A stretch of DNA of 64,000 nucleotides. Source: Squalus acanthias (taxonomy: Eukaryota). Under the pieces are notes generated by a model. The model was not told where the DNA came from, ran no database searches, and worked only from the letters and a program-made list of their open reading frames with translations. Below are positions 24,096 through 38,300 of the stretch, piece after piece. Each line of letters opens with the position of its first letter. The stretch's first letter is position 1. The DNA lies in assembly GCA_030390025.1 (NCBI GenBank), contig CM059443.1:50406001-50470000 (forward strand). The letters are read 5' to 3'. Made by a program: the position numbers and the translations under genes.

Positions 24096-24799
24096 GACTC
24101 AGATGATATGTGTGCACTGACATTGTATTAATGGGCCTGAGGACAGCGATTGGGCTGTTCGTTCAACCCTCCAACCACAGAAAGGACTGGAGAGGTGAGA
24201 CGCTCTGAAATACAAAGTGTATACTATGAGCGTGCCACTGTGTACCACAGTGATAGTGAGTAACACACTCGGCAGCCGTGTCATTTTCTACTGCCCACAT
24301 AGAACAACACCCAGTGCAGGAAAGATTGTGAAACGCTTACTGAGACATAGAAGGAAGTTTTACATTAACCCACCCACCGGGAAAGTGACAGGATCGGGTG
24401 CAACACTGGTTTTACATCTCGCCCAATTGTACCCTCCATTGAGGTCTGTGTAGAGTAATATTGGGCAGGGTGTAAATGTGGCATTATACTGTGGGGCTCC
24501 CCCCGCCCCCCCACCGCCCCCCCCTGCCCCGTTAACTTAAAATGACCCTCAGCTGCTCACCATACATGAAGCATTTGTTCCGTAAGATAAGTGAATCTGG
24601 GTGTAAGCTCTAGTTCCTGAAACTATGGAAACAGAATTTAATTGGACAGGATCAAAGTGGGTTCACTGGTCACTTTGGGGGTCAGCGAGCAATAGCAGAC
24701 AGAAAGTTTCCCTGTACTGTAGTCCTGGCCGCAGGAGATTAGATACATTTGCTAAGATAGAGCAACTTGTACACAGTCTGCGAAGGGGGATGAAGAAAG

Positions 24800-25170
24800 A
24801 AAAGAAGAAAGAAAGCTAGAAAGAAAGACAGAAAGACAGGCAGACAGCCTTGCATTTATAACACGGCATTCATGACCTCAGGGCGTCTCAAAACGCTTTA
24901 CAGCCAATTATTTACTTTTTGAAGTGCAGTCACTGTTGTAATGTGGGAAACACGGCAGCCAATATGCACACAGCAAGCTCCACAAACAGCAATGTGATAA
25001 TGACCAGACCAACTGTTTTTAGTGATGCTGATTGAAATAACTGCTGGCCAGGACACCGGGGAGAACTCCCTTGCTCTTCTTTGAAATAGCGCAGTGGGAT
25101 CTTTCGCATCCACCTGAGCGGGCAGACGGGGCCTCGGTTTCACGTCTCATCCGAAAGACGGCACCTCAAA
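24800..25170 (-). mobile_element. Deu-domain SINE (5'-truncated)
   Basis: Reverse complement of the 19500-19850 core and tail; (GAAA)n end. Confidence 0.75.
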
Positions 25171-26199
25171 CAGTGAAGGAGGCCATTCAGCCCATCGTGC
25201 CTGTGGGTAGAAAGAGCTATCCAATTAGACCTAGTCCCCTGCTCTTTCCCCGTAGCCCTGCAAATTTGAAATAAGGTTCCCACCTATTTCTAGTGGGAGT
25301 GCTGGAGGCCATTTTGCTGCCCATCGAGAATTGAGTTGGGCAGACTTCAGGAATCCATTGGGTGGGAGATGGTTTTTCATCTTCATCTGATTTGCAGTGG
25401 GAACAGAGTGGTATGTGGATGGAAATCACCTCCTGGTGTCTAAAGTGAAGGTTATGTTCCGGAACAACGGTCATAAGGAGAGCGAGGCCGGCTTGCGAAT
25501 GACGTGACAGCGGGGCCACAGATCCACCTACTCCTGCTCCTATTTCTTATGTTCTTATGTCAGTAATCGGTTAGTGACGGCCGAATGCACTTCCTGTCTG
25601 GGCGCAAAGGTAACGGAATGTGCTTCCTGTCCTGGATCAAAGGTCAGCAAAGGGTCGGGTCGGGAATAAAATAGCAACTCATGATTTGTATAACAAATCT
25701 CATGATTTTTAAGAGTTTGTCTCTTGATTTATGAGACGGTGGGGTTGGCATTGCTGCTCACACCCACTTCTACACCAACAAGCTGTAAATAGCTGAGCCT
25801 TTTAGACTTGCTTTACTGCCACTCATCAGTTAGAATTTCTAATCATCACACACTTCCTGCCACTTTCGTACTGAGTTCATTTGGAATCACTTCACACCAG
25901 TCCTTGTTCTGTGTGGTGTTCATATTGTAAATAACACCCATTGTTCCAGAGTTAGGTGCTGAAGCCTAGGGCTGGACAATGAGCCAAATGCCAGGGTTAT
26001 GAGGGTAAATTCACTGACTCTATCCCCTCCCCGCACCCCGCCAGCAGTGAGCTCTGCTTGAAGGAGACACAATCTATCAGAGGGCCACAGTGCTAACCCC
26101 TGACCCCTGTTTGAGCATGGCTGCCCACAAGGAGTGTGAGATTGGTGAATCTAGCGTGAAAGTCCTTTTATCTTACTGAGCCATGCATTGTTTAACATT

Positions 26200-26340
26200 G
26201 AGAGGTCGCACAACACCAGGTTATAGTCCAACAGTTTTATTTGAAATCACAAGCTTTCGGAGCTATCGATTGCTCCTTCCTCAGGTGAAGTAAATTAGAT
26301 ACAGAATCGCCAAAGCATATATAGATAGAGAACAAAGCAT
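26200..26340 (-). mobile_element. Penelope pLTR fragment with hammerhead core
   Basis: Matches 42049-42130 and 58280-58400. Minus strand reads CTGAGGA-a-GGAGC..GCTCC-GAAA. Absent at the paralogous sites ~7033 and ~50243. Confidence 0.75.
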
Positions 26341-26639
26341 TTAACATTTCCAACATTAAAATATAAACTTCTAATTTCAATGTAGTTACCCTGTTTTATG
26401 CTTTTCAAAATACTATTCAGAGATCGGCTGGGGGCAGACAATTTGTACCAAACTTTCCCTTACACAATCGTGAATTTCCACCTCAGCGTCCTCATAAATT
26501 GGGTTCCGCGTCCCCCTCCCACTTCCTCCTGAGTCTGATTGCAGTGTCTTCACTGAGATCAGTTCATTCATTCAATTAGTTTGGATTCCTGCTGGACAGA
26601 TAACACAACTCGTTGTTTAGTTATAATTTTTAAACAGTG

Positions 26640-26645
26640 TTTATT
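26640..26645 (-). promoter_or_regulatory. Candidate polyadenylation signal of gene B
   Basis: AATAAA on the minus strand at the position paralogous to 7402. Confidence 0.45.
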
Positions 26646-27159
26646 GAATGACTTTCAATCGCACAAGTTCCATTTTGTGTCTCACACACCAGCGATGTGT
26701 TGTTCTGTCTAAACAGAGTCCAAGGGGGTGAAATTGCTCTTCACCAGTGGCGTGAAACTCAATCACGAATCGAGCGACTGTTTCATTTAATTTCCATCAA
26801 AGTTGAAACTGGCGAGGACCAATTTTGGACTCGAACGTGTAGCTGTTACATTCTTCAACTGTGGATTCCCATCGCCCACATCCCTTGTCGGTGAGAGTGG
26901 AAATCTCACGTTGAGTCTGTCTCCGTGTTTTGTGTCAGTCGTCACAAAACATCAGAACAATCTGTGAAAGCCAAGGAGCTGCCGCCAGCGGTTTAATATC
27001 ATTAGCGGAACACTGGGAGAAGATTTCTCCGCACACAATCCTGCGCTTCAAGCAGCCTCAGTGTTACAATCTGTGAAAACACACTTGCATTCAAGGGGGT
27101 TGGTTGCACACCTGCATTCTGCGTGGTTTCCTTTCCCTGAAAATTAATGAATGGATTGA

Positions 27160-27560
27160 AAGAAGAAAGCCTTGCATTTCTATAGCGCCCTTCACGGCCT
27201 CAGGACGTCCCAAAGCACTTTAAAGCAACAAAGTACTTTTTGAAGTGTAGTCACTGTTGTAATGTAGGAAAAGTGGCAGCTAATTTGCACACAGCAAGAT
27301 TCCACAACAGCAATATGATAATGACCAGATAATCTGTTCTCAGTGATGTAGGTTGATCAATAAATATTGGCCAGGACACCAGGGATAGCCCCCCTGCTCT
27401 TCTTCAAAATAGTGCCATGGGATCTTTTACGCACACCTGAGAGAGCAGACGGGTCTCAGTTTAACGTCTATCGAAAGACGTTACCTCTGACAGTGCAGCA
27501 CTCCCTCAGCACTGCACTGGAGTGTCAGCCTAGATGATGTGCTCAGGTCTCTGGAGTGCC
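27160..27560 (-). mobile_element. Deu-domain SINE in the gene B 3' UTR
   Basis: Longer paralogue of 7530-7725. Confidence 0.75.
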
Positions 27561-28948
27561 ATTCAAATTTCTGGATACGCATTCTGAGCTTGTCTGAGAT
27601 TTCACAGCGCAAGCGTGAATCCGTAACATCATCTCTACATGGTCCCACGTTTAGCATGGCTCCCTGTATTCTACTCCAACAACGCACCTTGATCCCAGCT
27701 TCTGAAGAGCTGCCCCAACGACACCAGTGTGATTTTCTGTTTCCCATACCAGCCATCGCTATAGCTTCCCCATCCACCCCACCCTCGCCCGACTCACACT
27801 GGGAATTGAGTGCTGTGCTGTGAGACCATGTGTGAGAACTGGGCTGGGCTGGACTGGGCCAAACACATTTCGCGTCGCTATGCTGCAAGCAGTGGAGAGA
27901 GGAGACTGTCATCCAGGCATTCTGGCCTGCATTCAAAGCCAGATGACAGAGAGAAAAAGTGAAAGGGTATCGTGCTAAAACTGGCGCCAGCTTAGCACGG
28001 ACTGGCACTCTGACCCAGAGAGGTCACAAGGTCAGGTGGTGTGGGAAAAGTTGGCTCTGCACCAAACCCGTGCTGTACCAGACCTGGGCCTGCTCGACAC
28101 TGACACTGGGGCCTAGAAATTGGCTCCGGGTGCAGCATACACCGCACACACCCAATGGGGCCAGCGGCAGGAACACAGCACATTGGACCCCCGGCCTCAT
28201 TAGTTTATCAGTAGCGAGCTGCAGGCTCCAGTCACGGCCCCAGAGGCAGCTCACAGGAGGAGGGAGCAAGATTGGCCGACTGGGACCTGAGCTGATTCCG
28301 GGATGGAGGGGGGGGGACAGAGGGATGAGGCAAATGGGAGGGGGGCACGCGAGCGGTGTCTGGTAGTGGCTGACGGTTTTAATGTGGGGCCGGGAGGAGC
28401 ACGCCTGCTTCCTCCTGATTCACATTCAGGTCAGGATTTGTTTTAAAACTTACTCTTTTGGTGGCGGCCTCCAGCGGTCTCTTTAAGGACCCCTGGTTAG
28501 GCCTGGTGAGGCCGCGTGGAGACCTGGTCACCCTGAATTCAGCAGGCCCAAGGCCGGCAGCGTTCAGGAAAAGTCAGTCTCCGGCTTGGGTCCTAGAACA
28601 AGCAGTAGGCCCCTCATTAGCATACTCAAGGTGCCTAACGCCTGTTTCAAGCGATCGCCAGGGACGCCTCTACAGTGCCCGAACCAATAAGGCATCAGAC
28701 GTGTTTCCGATGCTATTCGGGCATGGAGGGTTGGCCCCCTAAATTGGACCTCTTTTGCACCCATTATCCACCCAGAAAAACGGTGCAACGATGTCCAATT
28801 AACCCCCACCCCGGGTGTCTGCAGTGGGAAAGTGTTCAATACCCAGTGCTGACCATGATGAGTGTAAAATATAGGTATTTTTTAAATCTTGTACCACTAT
28901 GGGTTTAAACAAGTCATCCGTTGCCTTTCTCCTGTTACTCGATTATGC

Positions 28949-29394
28949 TCAGGTTTCCTCCATTTTAGCATAAATAGGATTTTCTTCCATTTTTAACGGG
29001 CCAGGTCGTGGATCATCTTCCTCCAGCTGGGAGTGTGTCACCGCGTCTACCGGGCAGCCTATCAAAGAATAAATCTGCTCATTGGACAAAGCAATGGGAT
29101 CCTCCTTACTGTCCTCTTTGGGCTGTGATTGGCCGCCTGGTTTGAGTTCAGCAGCTGAAGAGGTTTCAACCTGCCGTCCATGGTCCGTGTGGTCTCTGCC
29201 TAGATATTAAGAGAGGAGATCACGTTTGATGGGTTCACTTCCAGTGGGGGACAGATAATGAAAGCGGACTGTCTCGTTACTTGAGATAAAGGTCCAGGAG
29301 CTTTAGAACAGACACAGTGTTGACTGAGAGGATTACACTGAAAGATTGCAACGACTTACATTTTACTCCCTGGTTCTCAGTTTTGCCTCCATCA
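28949..29394 (-). CDS. Gene B last two cytoplasmic exons ending NPIYAKMEET*
   Basis: 29394-29360 and 29199-28949; QIYSLI and NPIYAKM conserved. Confidence 0.82.
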
Positions 29395-32300
29395 CTAGGA
29401 AAACAGAAAATTAAACATGTGAATAATGAGTAACATAAGATTCAAACAATATTAAATCGTTGTAAGTGGAGACTAGGTGAGGTCACTTTCTCCCCAGAGC
29501 CTGGATTTCAGTCCAGCCCAGACTGAAATTCTCTCATTAATTTTCTCTCTCTCTGTCTCTCTCCCTCTGAGTCTCTGATTGTCTCTCCGTCTCTCTTTCT
29601 CTCTGTCTCTTTCTCTGTCTCTCTCTCTCGCTGTCTCTCTCTGCCTGTCTCCCTGTCTCTCTGTCTGTCTATCTCACTGTCTCTCTCTGTCTCTCTGTCT
29701 GTCATTCCTTCCCTGTCTCTATGTCTGCCTCTCTCCCTGATCCTCTCTCCCTGTCTCTCTCTCTTTCTCTCTCTGTGTCACTCTCTGTCTGTCTGTCTGT
29801 CTCTCTCTGCCTGTCTCCCTGTCTCTCTCTGTCTGTCTCTCACATGTCTCCCTCGCTGTCTCTCTCCATTCACTCTGTCTCAGTCTCTTTGTGTCTGTCA
29901 TTCCCTCCCTGTCTCTATGTCTGTCTCACTATGTCTCTGTCCCTGACACTCTCTCCCTGTCTCTCTCTCTTTCTCTCTCTGTGTCACTCTCTGTCTGTCT
30001 GTCTGTCTCTCTCCCTGTCTCTCTATCTTTCTCTTTCTCTGTGTTGCTCTCTCTCTGTCTCTCTCTCCCTATCTCTATCACTCTTTGTCTCCCTCTCTCT
30101 CTCTCTTTGTCTCTCTCCCTGTCTCTCTATCTTTCTCTTTCTTTGTGTTGCTCTCTCTCTGTCTCTCTCTCCCTATCTCTATCACTCTTTGTCTCCCTCT
30201 CTCTCTCTCTTTGTCTCTCTCCCTGTCTCTCTATCTTTCTCTTTCTTTGTGTTGCTCTCTCTCTGTCTCTCTCTCCCTATCTCTATCACTCTTTGTCTCC
30301 CTCTCTCTCTCTCTTTGTCTCTCTCCCTGTCTCTCTATCTTTCTCTTTCTCTGTGTTGCTCTCTCTCTGTCTCTCTCTCCCTATCTCTATCACTCTTTGT
30401 CTCCCTCTCTCTCTCTCTTTGTCTCTCTCACTGTCTTTGCTGTGTGAGCAGTCCTCTCTGCAATGAGTTTTCACAGTCCCAATCCAGTTCCTTGCCTAAA
30501 ACTGCGCATCATTCAGTAAAATATTTGGACTAAATTGATCATTATGGTCAGATAAGCCAAAATATTTTCCTGAGAAATTAAAAAAAAAACTTCACACGGG
30601 CACAGTGAAAGGAGCTATTCTGATGTTGGGATAAAGGAGCACTATCAGGTCAGAGGTCAGAGTGCTTTACACGGCCTCTAGCCATTCTATACCTGACTTG
30701 GAACTGTTCGGTTGTGAGATTGGCTGCAAAACCTGGAAATGTTTTATGCTGGGTGGTGGAATAGATTAGTACGGCCGTTTAATATTTTAGGATCTGCCAA
30801 GTCCAAATTACTAGGAATAAAAGTCCTCTTTCTATATCTCCCTGGTCTCTATCTCTGTCTGTCTCTGTCGCACTCTCTGTCTGTCTCTGTCTCTTTCTCT
30901 CTGAGGGTCCTTGATGAAATGAGGATTGGGAGCAGTTTAGGATTCAGCAAAGGAGGACAAAGGGATTAATTAAGAGGGGGAAAATAGAGAATGAGAGTAA
31001 GCTTGCAGGGAACATAAAAACTGAATGTAAAAGCTTCTATAGATACGTGAAGAGAAAAAGATTGGTGAAGTCAAGTGTAGGTCCCTTGCAGTCAGAATCA
31101 GGGGAATTTATAATGGGGAACAAAGAAATGGCAGACCAATTAAATACATACTTTGGTTCTGTCTTCACAAAGGAGGACACAAATAACCTCCCAGAGATGT
31201 CAGGGAACATAGGGTCTAATGAGAGGGAGGAACTGAAAGAAATCAGTATTTGTACGGAACTGGTGTTAGGGAAATTGATGGGATTGAAGGCCGATAAATC
31301 CCCAGGGCCTGATAATCTACATCCGAGGGTACTTAAGGAAGTGGTCCTAGAAATAGTAGATGCATTACTGGTCATCTTCCAAAATTCTATAGACTCTGGA
31401 ACAGTTCTCATGGATTGGAGGGTATCTAACGTTACCCCACTATTCAAAAAAGGTGGTAGAGAGAAAACGGGGAATTATAGACTGGTAAGCCTGACATCGG
31501 TAGTGGGGAAAATGCTAGAGTCCTTTATAAAAGATGTAATAGCAGAGCACTTGGAAAACAGTGACAGGATCGGTCAAAGTCAACATGGATTTACAAAAGG
31601 TAAATTATGCTTGACTAATCTACTGGAATTTTTTGAGGATGTAACTGGTAAAATAGATAAGGGAGAACCAGTGGATGTGGTGTATTTGGACTTTCAGAAG
31701 GCTTTCAATACGGTCCCGCATAAGAGATTAGCGTGTAAAGTTAAGGCACACGGGATTGGGGGCAGGGTACTGACTTGGATAGAGAACTGGTTGGCAGACA
31801 GGAAGCAAAGAGTTGGAATAAACGGGTCTTTTTCCGAGTGGCAGGCAGTGACTAGTGGGGTACCACAGGGATCGGTCCTAGGACCCCAGCTATTCACAAT
31901 ATATATTAATGATCTAGACGAGGGAACTAGATGTAATATCTCCAAGTTTGCAGATGACACAAAGCTGGGTGGGCGTGTGTGCTGTGAGGAGGATGCCGAG
32001 AAACTCCAGTATGATTTGGATAGGTTGGGTGATTGTACTGCATTTGCCATGCATCTACCCAATGTGGATAAATGCGAGGTTATCCACTTTGGTGGCAAAA
32101 ACAGAAAGGCAGATTATTATCTGAACGGCAATAGATTGGGAGAAGGGGAAGTGCAACGAGACCTGGGTGTCCTTGTGCACCAGTCGCTGATGGTAAGCAT
32201 GCAGGTGCAGCAGGCGATTAAGAAGGCAAATGGTATGTTGTCCTTCGCAGCGAGAGGGTTCGAGTACAGGAACAAGGATGTCTTGCTGCAGTTGTACAGA

Positions 32301-35300
32301 GCCTTGGTGAGACCACATCTTGAGTATTGTGTGCAGTTTTGGTCGTCTTATCTGAGGAAGGATGTTCTTGCCATGGAGGGAGTGTAGCGAAGATTCACCA
32401 GACTGATACCTGGGATGGCAGGAATGACGTATGAGGAGAGATTGGGTCGATTGGGCTTATACTCGCTGGAGTTTAGAAGAATGAGAGGGGATCTCATTGA
32501 AACTTATAAAATTCTAACAGGACTAGACAGACTAGATGCAGGAAGGATATTCCCGATGGCCGGGGAGTCCAGAACCAGGGGTCACAGTCTAAGGATAAGG
32601 GGTAAGCCATTTAGGACAGAGATGAGGAGGAATTTCTTCACCCAGAGAGTGGTGAACCTGTGGAATTCTCTACCACAGAAGGCAGTTGAGGTCAACTCAT
32701 TAAATATATTCAAGAAGGAGTTAGATATATTTCTTAAGGCTAAAGGGATTAAGGGATATGGGGAGAAGGCAGGGACAGAGTTCTGAATTTGGATGATTTG
32801 CCATGATCTCATTGAATGGCGGAGCAGGCTCGAGGGGCCGAATGGCCTACTCCTGCTCCTATCTTCTATGATTCTATGATTCTATGAATTTGGTCATCTC
32901 GTTCCAGTTTGTAGCTCGTGTGAGCCACAGTACAAAACTACCGCTAAATTGTCACTTTCACTCAAACAGGCCATGAGGTGTGAGAAGTGAAATGTCCGAG
33001 CTCCCTCCTGAGTTTGGAGTTGAGGAGCATTGTTGGGAAAGTCCTAGGGAGCTTTACGCTGCACCTAATCTGGAGTGCTCCAAATGATACTGTGTGGCCA
33101 CAGTGGAAAAGTAACCCATTTGCAGAGTGGGCTCCCCTTACCTTCATTACATTAACAATCTCCGAACCCTCCATCCCAAAACAAACCCGTGGTCAGTGTT
33201 GAACGTTGCCGGGGCCGACAGCTGTCACTCTGCTTACCCTTTGACCATTGACTCTTCGATCAAACAGTACACATGCTCTGTAGAGTCAGGCTTTGGGCCA
33301 GTGCTCTCCATTCCTTCACCAGGCCTTGGCTGGCTCGATGGCGTTGGAACTCTCGTCACCGAGTACGCAACATGCTCGTTGTCATCGCTCTGATCCCTTC
33401 TGGGAACCACAGAGTACGGGAAACCTAGACAGAAGGACGAGTAGACGATGTGTGCTTTTAGTTTCAACTCTCAAAGGGACAGGCTCGGAAGAGCTGGGCA
33501 GTAATTCTAGTCACTTACATTCAGCCACCTGTGTCAGCTGCACATCACCAGCCCTACAGTTAGTAAAGAAAAGCAACCTGTAAATGTTCCATTAAATGTG
33601 GAAAGCTATACAGAAAGTCTGCCCGAAAACTGAACGAATTCCATCCCTACCTGGGTCCTGGTGCTGAGGATCCTTCACAACACATGCCATAAGATTGGAA
33701 AGATAAATTTAAAAGTCTTTGTAAGGAGTCTGCAATTACAATTTTCTAGATTTAGAGCAAACATTTTAAAGCTCTTGCTTACCTTTGGCAGCTTGTCGTT
33801 TCCTTCGGATTATGCAAAGTACCCCAACAATGCAAATGATCACAACCGCACACGCTATGGTTACTTTCACAGATGTGGCAGTGTCTGGACCTGCAGAGGA
33901 GAAGCAACATTAAGTTCAGTCTGTGCAATCCCGTGTTATATGTACAGCTGATCACACTGGTTACCTGGGCTGAGGAACAGACATTTCCGGTTAGAATCTG
34001 GAACAGTGCAATGGCGAAGAAAGGAAATCGAACCAACTTTTAATGGGTACAAACTGGACAACTGATCTGGAATCTATCAACTTTAATTTTTTTTATTCAT
34101 TCATGGGATGTGGGCGTCATTGACGAGGCAAACATTTATTGCCCATGCCTAATTGCCCTTGAGAAGGTGGTGGTGAGCCGCCTTCTTGAACCGCTGCTGT
34201 CCGTGTGGTGAAGGTACACCCACAGTGCTGTTCGGGAAGGAGTCCCAGGATTTTGATCCAGCGACGATGAAGTTTCGGCGATGTATTTCCGAGTCAGGAT
34301 GGTGTGTGACTTGGAGGGGAACTATGAGATGATGGTGTTCCCATGCACCTATTGCCCAGTCCTTCTAGGTGGTAGAGGTCGCGGATTTGGGAGGTGCTGC
34401 CGAAGAAGCCGTGGCGAGTTTCTGCAGTGCATCTTGTAGCTGGTACACACTGCAGCCACGGTACGCCGGTGGTGGAGGGAGTGAATGTTTAAGATGTGGA
34501 TGGGGTGCCAATCAAGCGGGCTGCTTTCTCCTGGATGGTGTCGAGCGTCTTCAGTGTTGTTGGAGCTGCACTCATCGAGGCAAGTGGAGAGTATTCCATC
34601 ACACTCCTTACTTGTGCCTTGTAGATGATGGAAAGGCTTTGGTGAGTAAGGAGGTGAGACACTCGCTGCAGAATACCCAGCCTCTGACCTACTCTTGTTG
34701 CCACAGTATTTATGTGGCTGTTCCAGTTACGTTTCTGGTCAATAGTGACCCCCAGGATGTTGATGGTGGGGGATTCGGCAATGGTAATGCCGTTGAATGT
34801 TAAGGGAAGGTGGTTAGATTCTTTCTTGTTGGAGATGGTCATTGCCTGGCATTTATGTGGCGCGAATGTTTCCTGCCACTTATCAGCCCAAGCCTGAATG
34901 TTGTCCAGGTCTTGCTGCATGCGGGCACGGACTGCTTCATTATCTGAGGGGTTGCGAATGGAACTGACCACTGTGCAGTCATCAGCGAACATCCCCGCTT
35001 TTGACCTTATGTTAGAGGGAGGTCATTGATGAAGCAGCTGAAGATAGTTGGGCCCAGGACACTGCCCCGTGGAACTCCTGCAGTGATGTCCTGGGGCTGA
35101 GATGATTGGCCTCCAACAACCAGAACCACCTTCCTTTGTGCCAGGTATGACTCCAACCAGTGGAGAGTTTACCCCCTGATTCCATTGACTTCAATTTTAC
35201 TCAGGTTCCTTGATGCCACACTCGGTCAAATGCTGCCTTAATGTCAAGGGCAGTCACTCTCACCTCCCCTCTGGAATTCAGCTTTTGTCCATGTTTGGAC

Positions 35301-38300
35301 CAAGGTTGTAATGAGGTCTGGAGCCGAGTGGTCTTTGCGGAACCCAAACTGGGCCTCAGTGAGCAGTGCTGCTTAATAGTACTGTCGACAACACATTCCA
35401 TCATTTTGCTGATGATTGAGAGTAGACTGATGGGGCGGGATTTGACCGTTTTGGATTTGTACTGCTTTTTGAAGACAGGACATACCTGGGCAATTTTCCA
35501 CTTTGTCGGGTAGATGCCAGTGTTGTAGCTGTACTGGAACAGCTTGGCTAGAGGTGCGGCTAGTTCTGGAGGACAAGTCTTCAGCACGACAGCCGGGATG
35601 TTGTCGGGGCCCATAGCCTTTGCTGTATCCAGTGCGCTCAGACATTTCTTGATATCACATGGAGTGAATCAAATTGGCTGAAGACTGGCTTCTGTGATGG
35701 TGGGGACTGCAGGAGGAGGCCGAGATGAATCATCCACTCACCACTTCTGGCTGAAGATGGTTGCAAACACTTCAGCCTTGTCTTTTGCACTCACGTGCTG
35801 GGCTCTGACATCATTGAGGATGGGGATGTGCATGGAACCTACTCCCGTTAGTTGTTTAATGGTCCACCACCATTCACGATGTGGCAGGACTGCAGAGCTT
35901 TGATCTGATCCATTGGTTGTGGGATCGCTTTACTCTGTCTATAGCATGCTGCTTCTGCTGTTTAGCATGCATGTATTGTAGCTTCACCAGGTTGGCACCT
36001 CATTTTTTGGTACATCTGCTGCTGTTCCTGGCATGCTCTTCTACACTGCTCATTGAACCAGGGTTGGTCCCCTGGCTTGATGTTATTGGTAGGGTGAGGG
36101 ATATGTCGGCCCATGAAGTTACAGATTGTGGTGGAGTACAATTCTGCTGCTGCTGATGGTCCACAGTACCTTATGGATGTCCAGTTTTGAGCTGCTAGAT
36201 CTGTTCTGAATCTATCCCATTTAGCACGGTGGTAGTGCCACACAACACGATGGAGGGTGTCATCAGGATGAAGACGGGTCCTTGTCTCCACAACGACTGT
36301 GCGGTGGTCACTCTTACCAATACTGTCATGGAGAGATGCATCTGCGACAGGTAGATTGGTGAGGACGAGGTCAAGTATGTTTCTCCCTCGTGTTGGTTCT
36401 CTCACCACATGCTGCAGGCCCAGTCTGGCAGCTATGTCCTTCAGGACTTGGCCAGCTCCGTCAGTAGTGGTGCTACCGAGCCACTCGGTGATGGATATTG
36501 AAGTCGTCCACCCAGAGTACATTCTTGGTCCTTGCTACCCTCAGTGCTTCTTCCAAGTGGTGTTCAACGTGGAGGAGTACTGATTCATCAGCTGAGGGAG
36601 GGCGGTAGGTGGTAATCAGCAGGAGGTTTCCTTGCCCATGTTTGACCTGATGCCATGAGACCTCTTGGGGTCAGGGAGTCAATGTTGAGGACTCCAAGGG
36701 CCACTCCCTTCCGAATGTATACCACTGTGCTGCCACCTCTGATGGGTCTGTCTTGCCTGAGGGACAGGCCATACTTAGGGATGGTGATGGAGGCGCCTGG
36801 GACATTTCGTGAAAGAATTATTTATATTATTTATATTGAATTATTTATATTAAATGAGTCGCATTGTTTCTAGATTGTATCACTTACTTTGAGTATTTGT
36901 ACGAGTTATGCTGCTGGTCACTGAGGAGATTCCAGATGTTGAGGTGGGGGTGTCTGAAGATTTACCACTGCTCATTACACTGTAGGCTTCGCAAAATCCC
37001 CCAGAAACTCGAACAGAACCCTAAAAGGAGTGATTTTTGGACCTTTCATACAAACTTGGGATGATGGGACCCAAGTGAAGTGATTTGAGGTAAAAACCTC
37101 AGTTTTGGACATTTTAAAGATCAGGGAAGAAAAGCCCTGAGGAAAATGACTTTTGAATCTTACTGTTGGGAAAGACACCTTTCACAGACACAAGACAGGC
37201 TGCGGAGGGGCGTGGCCAGGCAGTGGAAAGCTTTGGGTATTGGGGCCCAATCAAGCTGTCTGGGAATTGTTTACACTGCAATCCTACCAAGGAGGAAGAG
37301 ACAAACCCAAAGCCTCACACACACATCGAAATATGAATAATCCAAGACCCCCCTTTGAAATTCCCAGGCCCAAAAAGGATAGCAGAAGCCTGAAATCAAT
37401 AAAACATTTAGTACCCCGATTACTTCATCAAAAACCAATCAACCAGGTAGCCACAGGGACAGATTTACAAGCCCTCCAAAAACCTAGGACAATAGGGACA
37501 AGATTTGGCTGGCAGATAAAGGCCCCGCCTAAATGGGAAATATCGGAAGCCATCAGGACATGTTTAACACCAAGTTAAAGCCATCGAAACTGACAAGCCC
37601 ACCAAAACTAAGACAATGGAATAATCAGGGCTCAACTGAAATCTAAAGGAAACCGATTTAGTAAGGAGTTTTGGGCGCGAAAAGGACAAAGGGCCTCAAC
37701 AGTATAATTGGGGGCCTAATCCCCCAAGACAGGGTCTCTGGACTCTCTGACAACGCTCTCAACGCTCGCACAGCTCTCTCTCAGCTCTGTTCCAGCAAGA
37801 CACCACAAGCCACGAGCAGGAGGAGGAAAGAAGGCCAACAACTTCACAAGCAGACCAACATGTAATAAGAAACCAGAGCGACTGCCTCAGTGACCATCGG
37901 ACACCTCGCAGCAACAAGGGCCTTATGAAACCTTTTACTCAAAAGACTCTAAACCCTAACTCTCAACTGTCAAGGATTCGTTTGGTGAACATTATCCCTG
38001 ATCTCCTGAAACCAAAACCTAGCTAGATAGTGGGATTTTTGGGAGGGATAAGGTTTTTTTTGTATATTGTCCTTCTCCCTCGCCTGTACCGTATGTTTCC
38101 CAACCTGTGTTTAAGTGTTAAGTCTGTTTTAAGTTTGTTACCTTTTCTTTTAATAAAGTCAAAATTCTTTCATCAGAACCTGTTGTCTACTGCATCTTTG
38201 TTCACAACCCCTAAATAAGTCCAAAGTCTAAAACCAGGGGCGTGGGAGCGATTCGAGCCGCTCACTGAGTCAGAGGTGAAGGCTGACCCCACACACCACC

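Noticed and set aside
29508-30533. Long Ser/Leu- or Arg/Glu-rich ORFs (also 9599-10188 and 51009-51603)
   Set aside because: Translations of CT/GA microsatellites and N-gaps.
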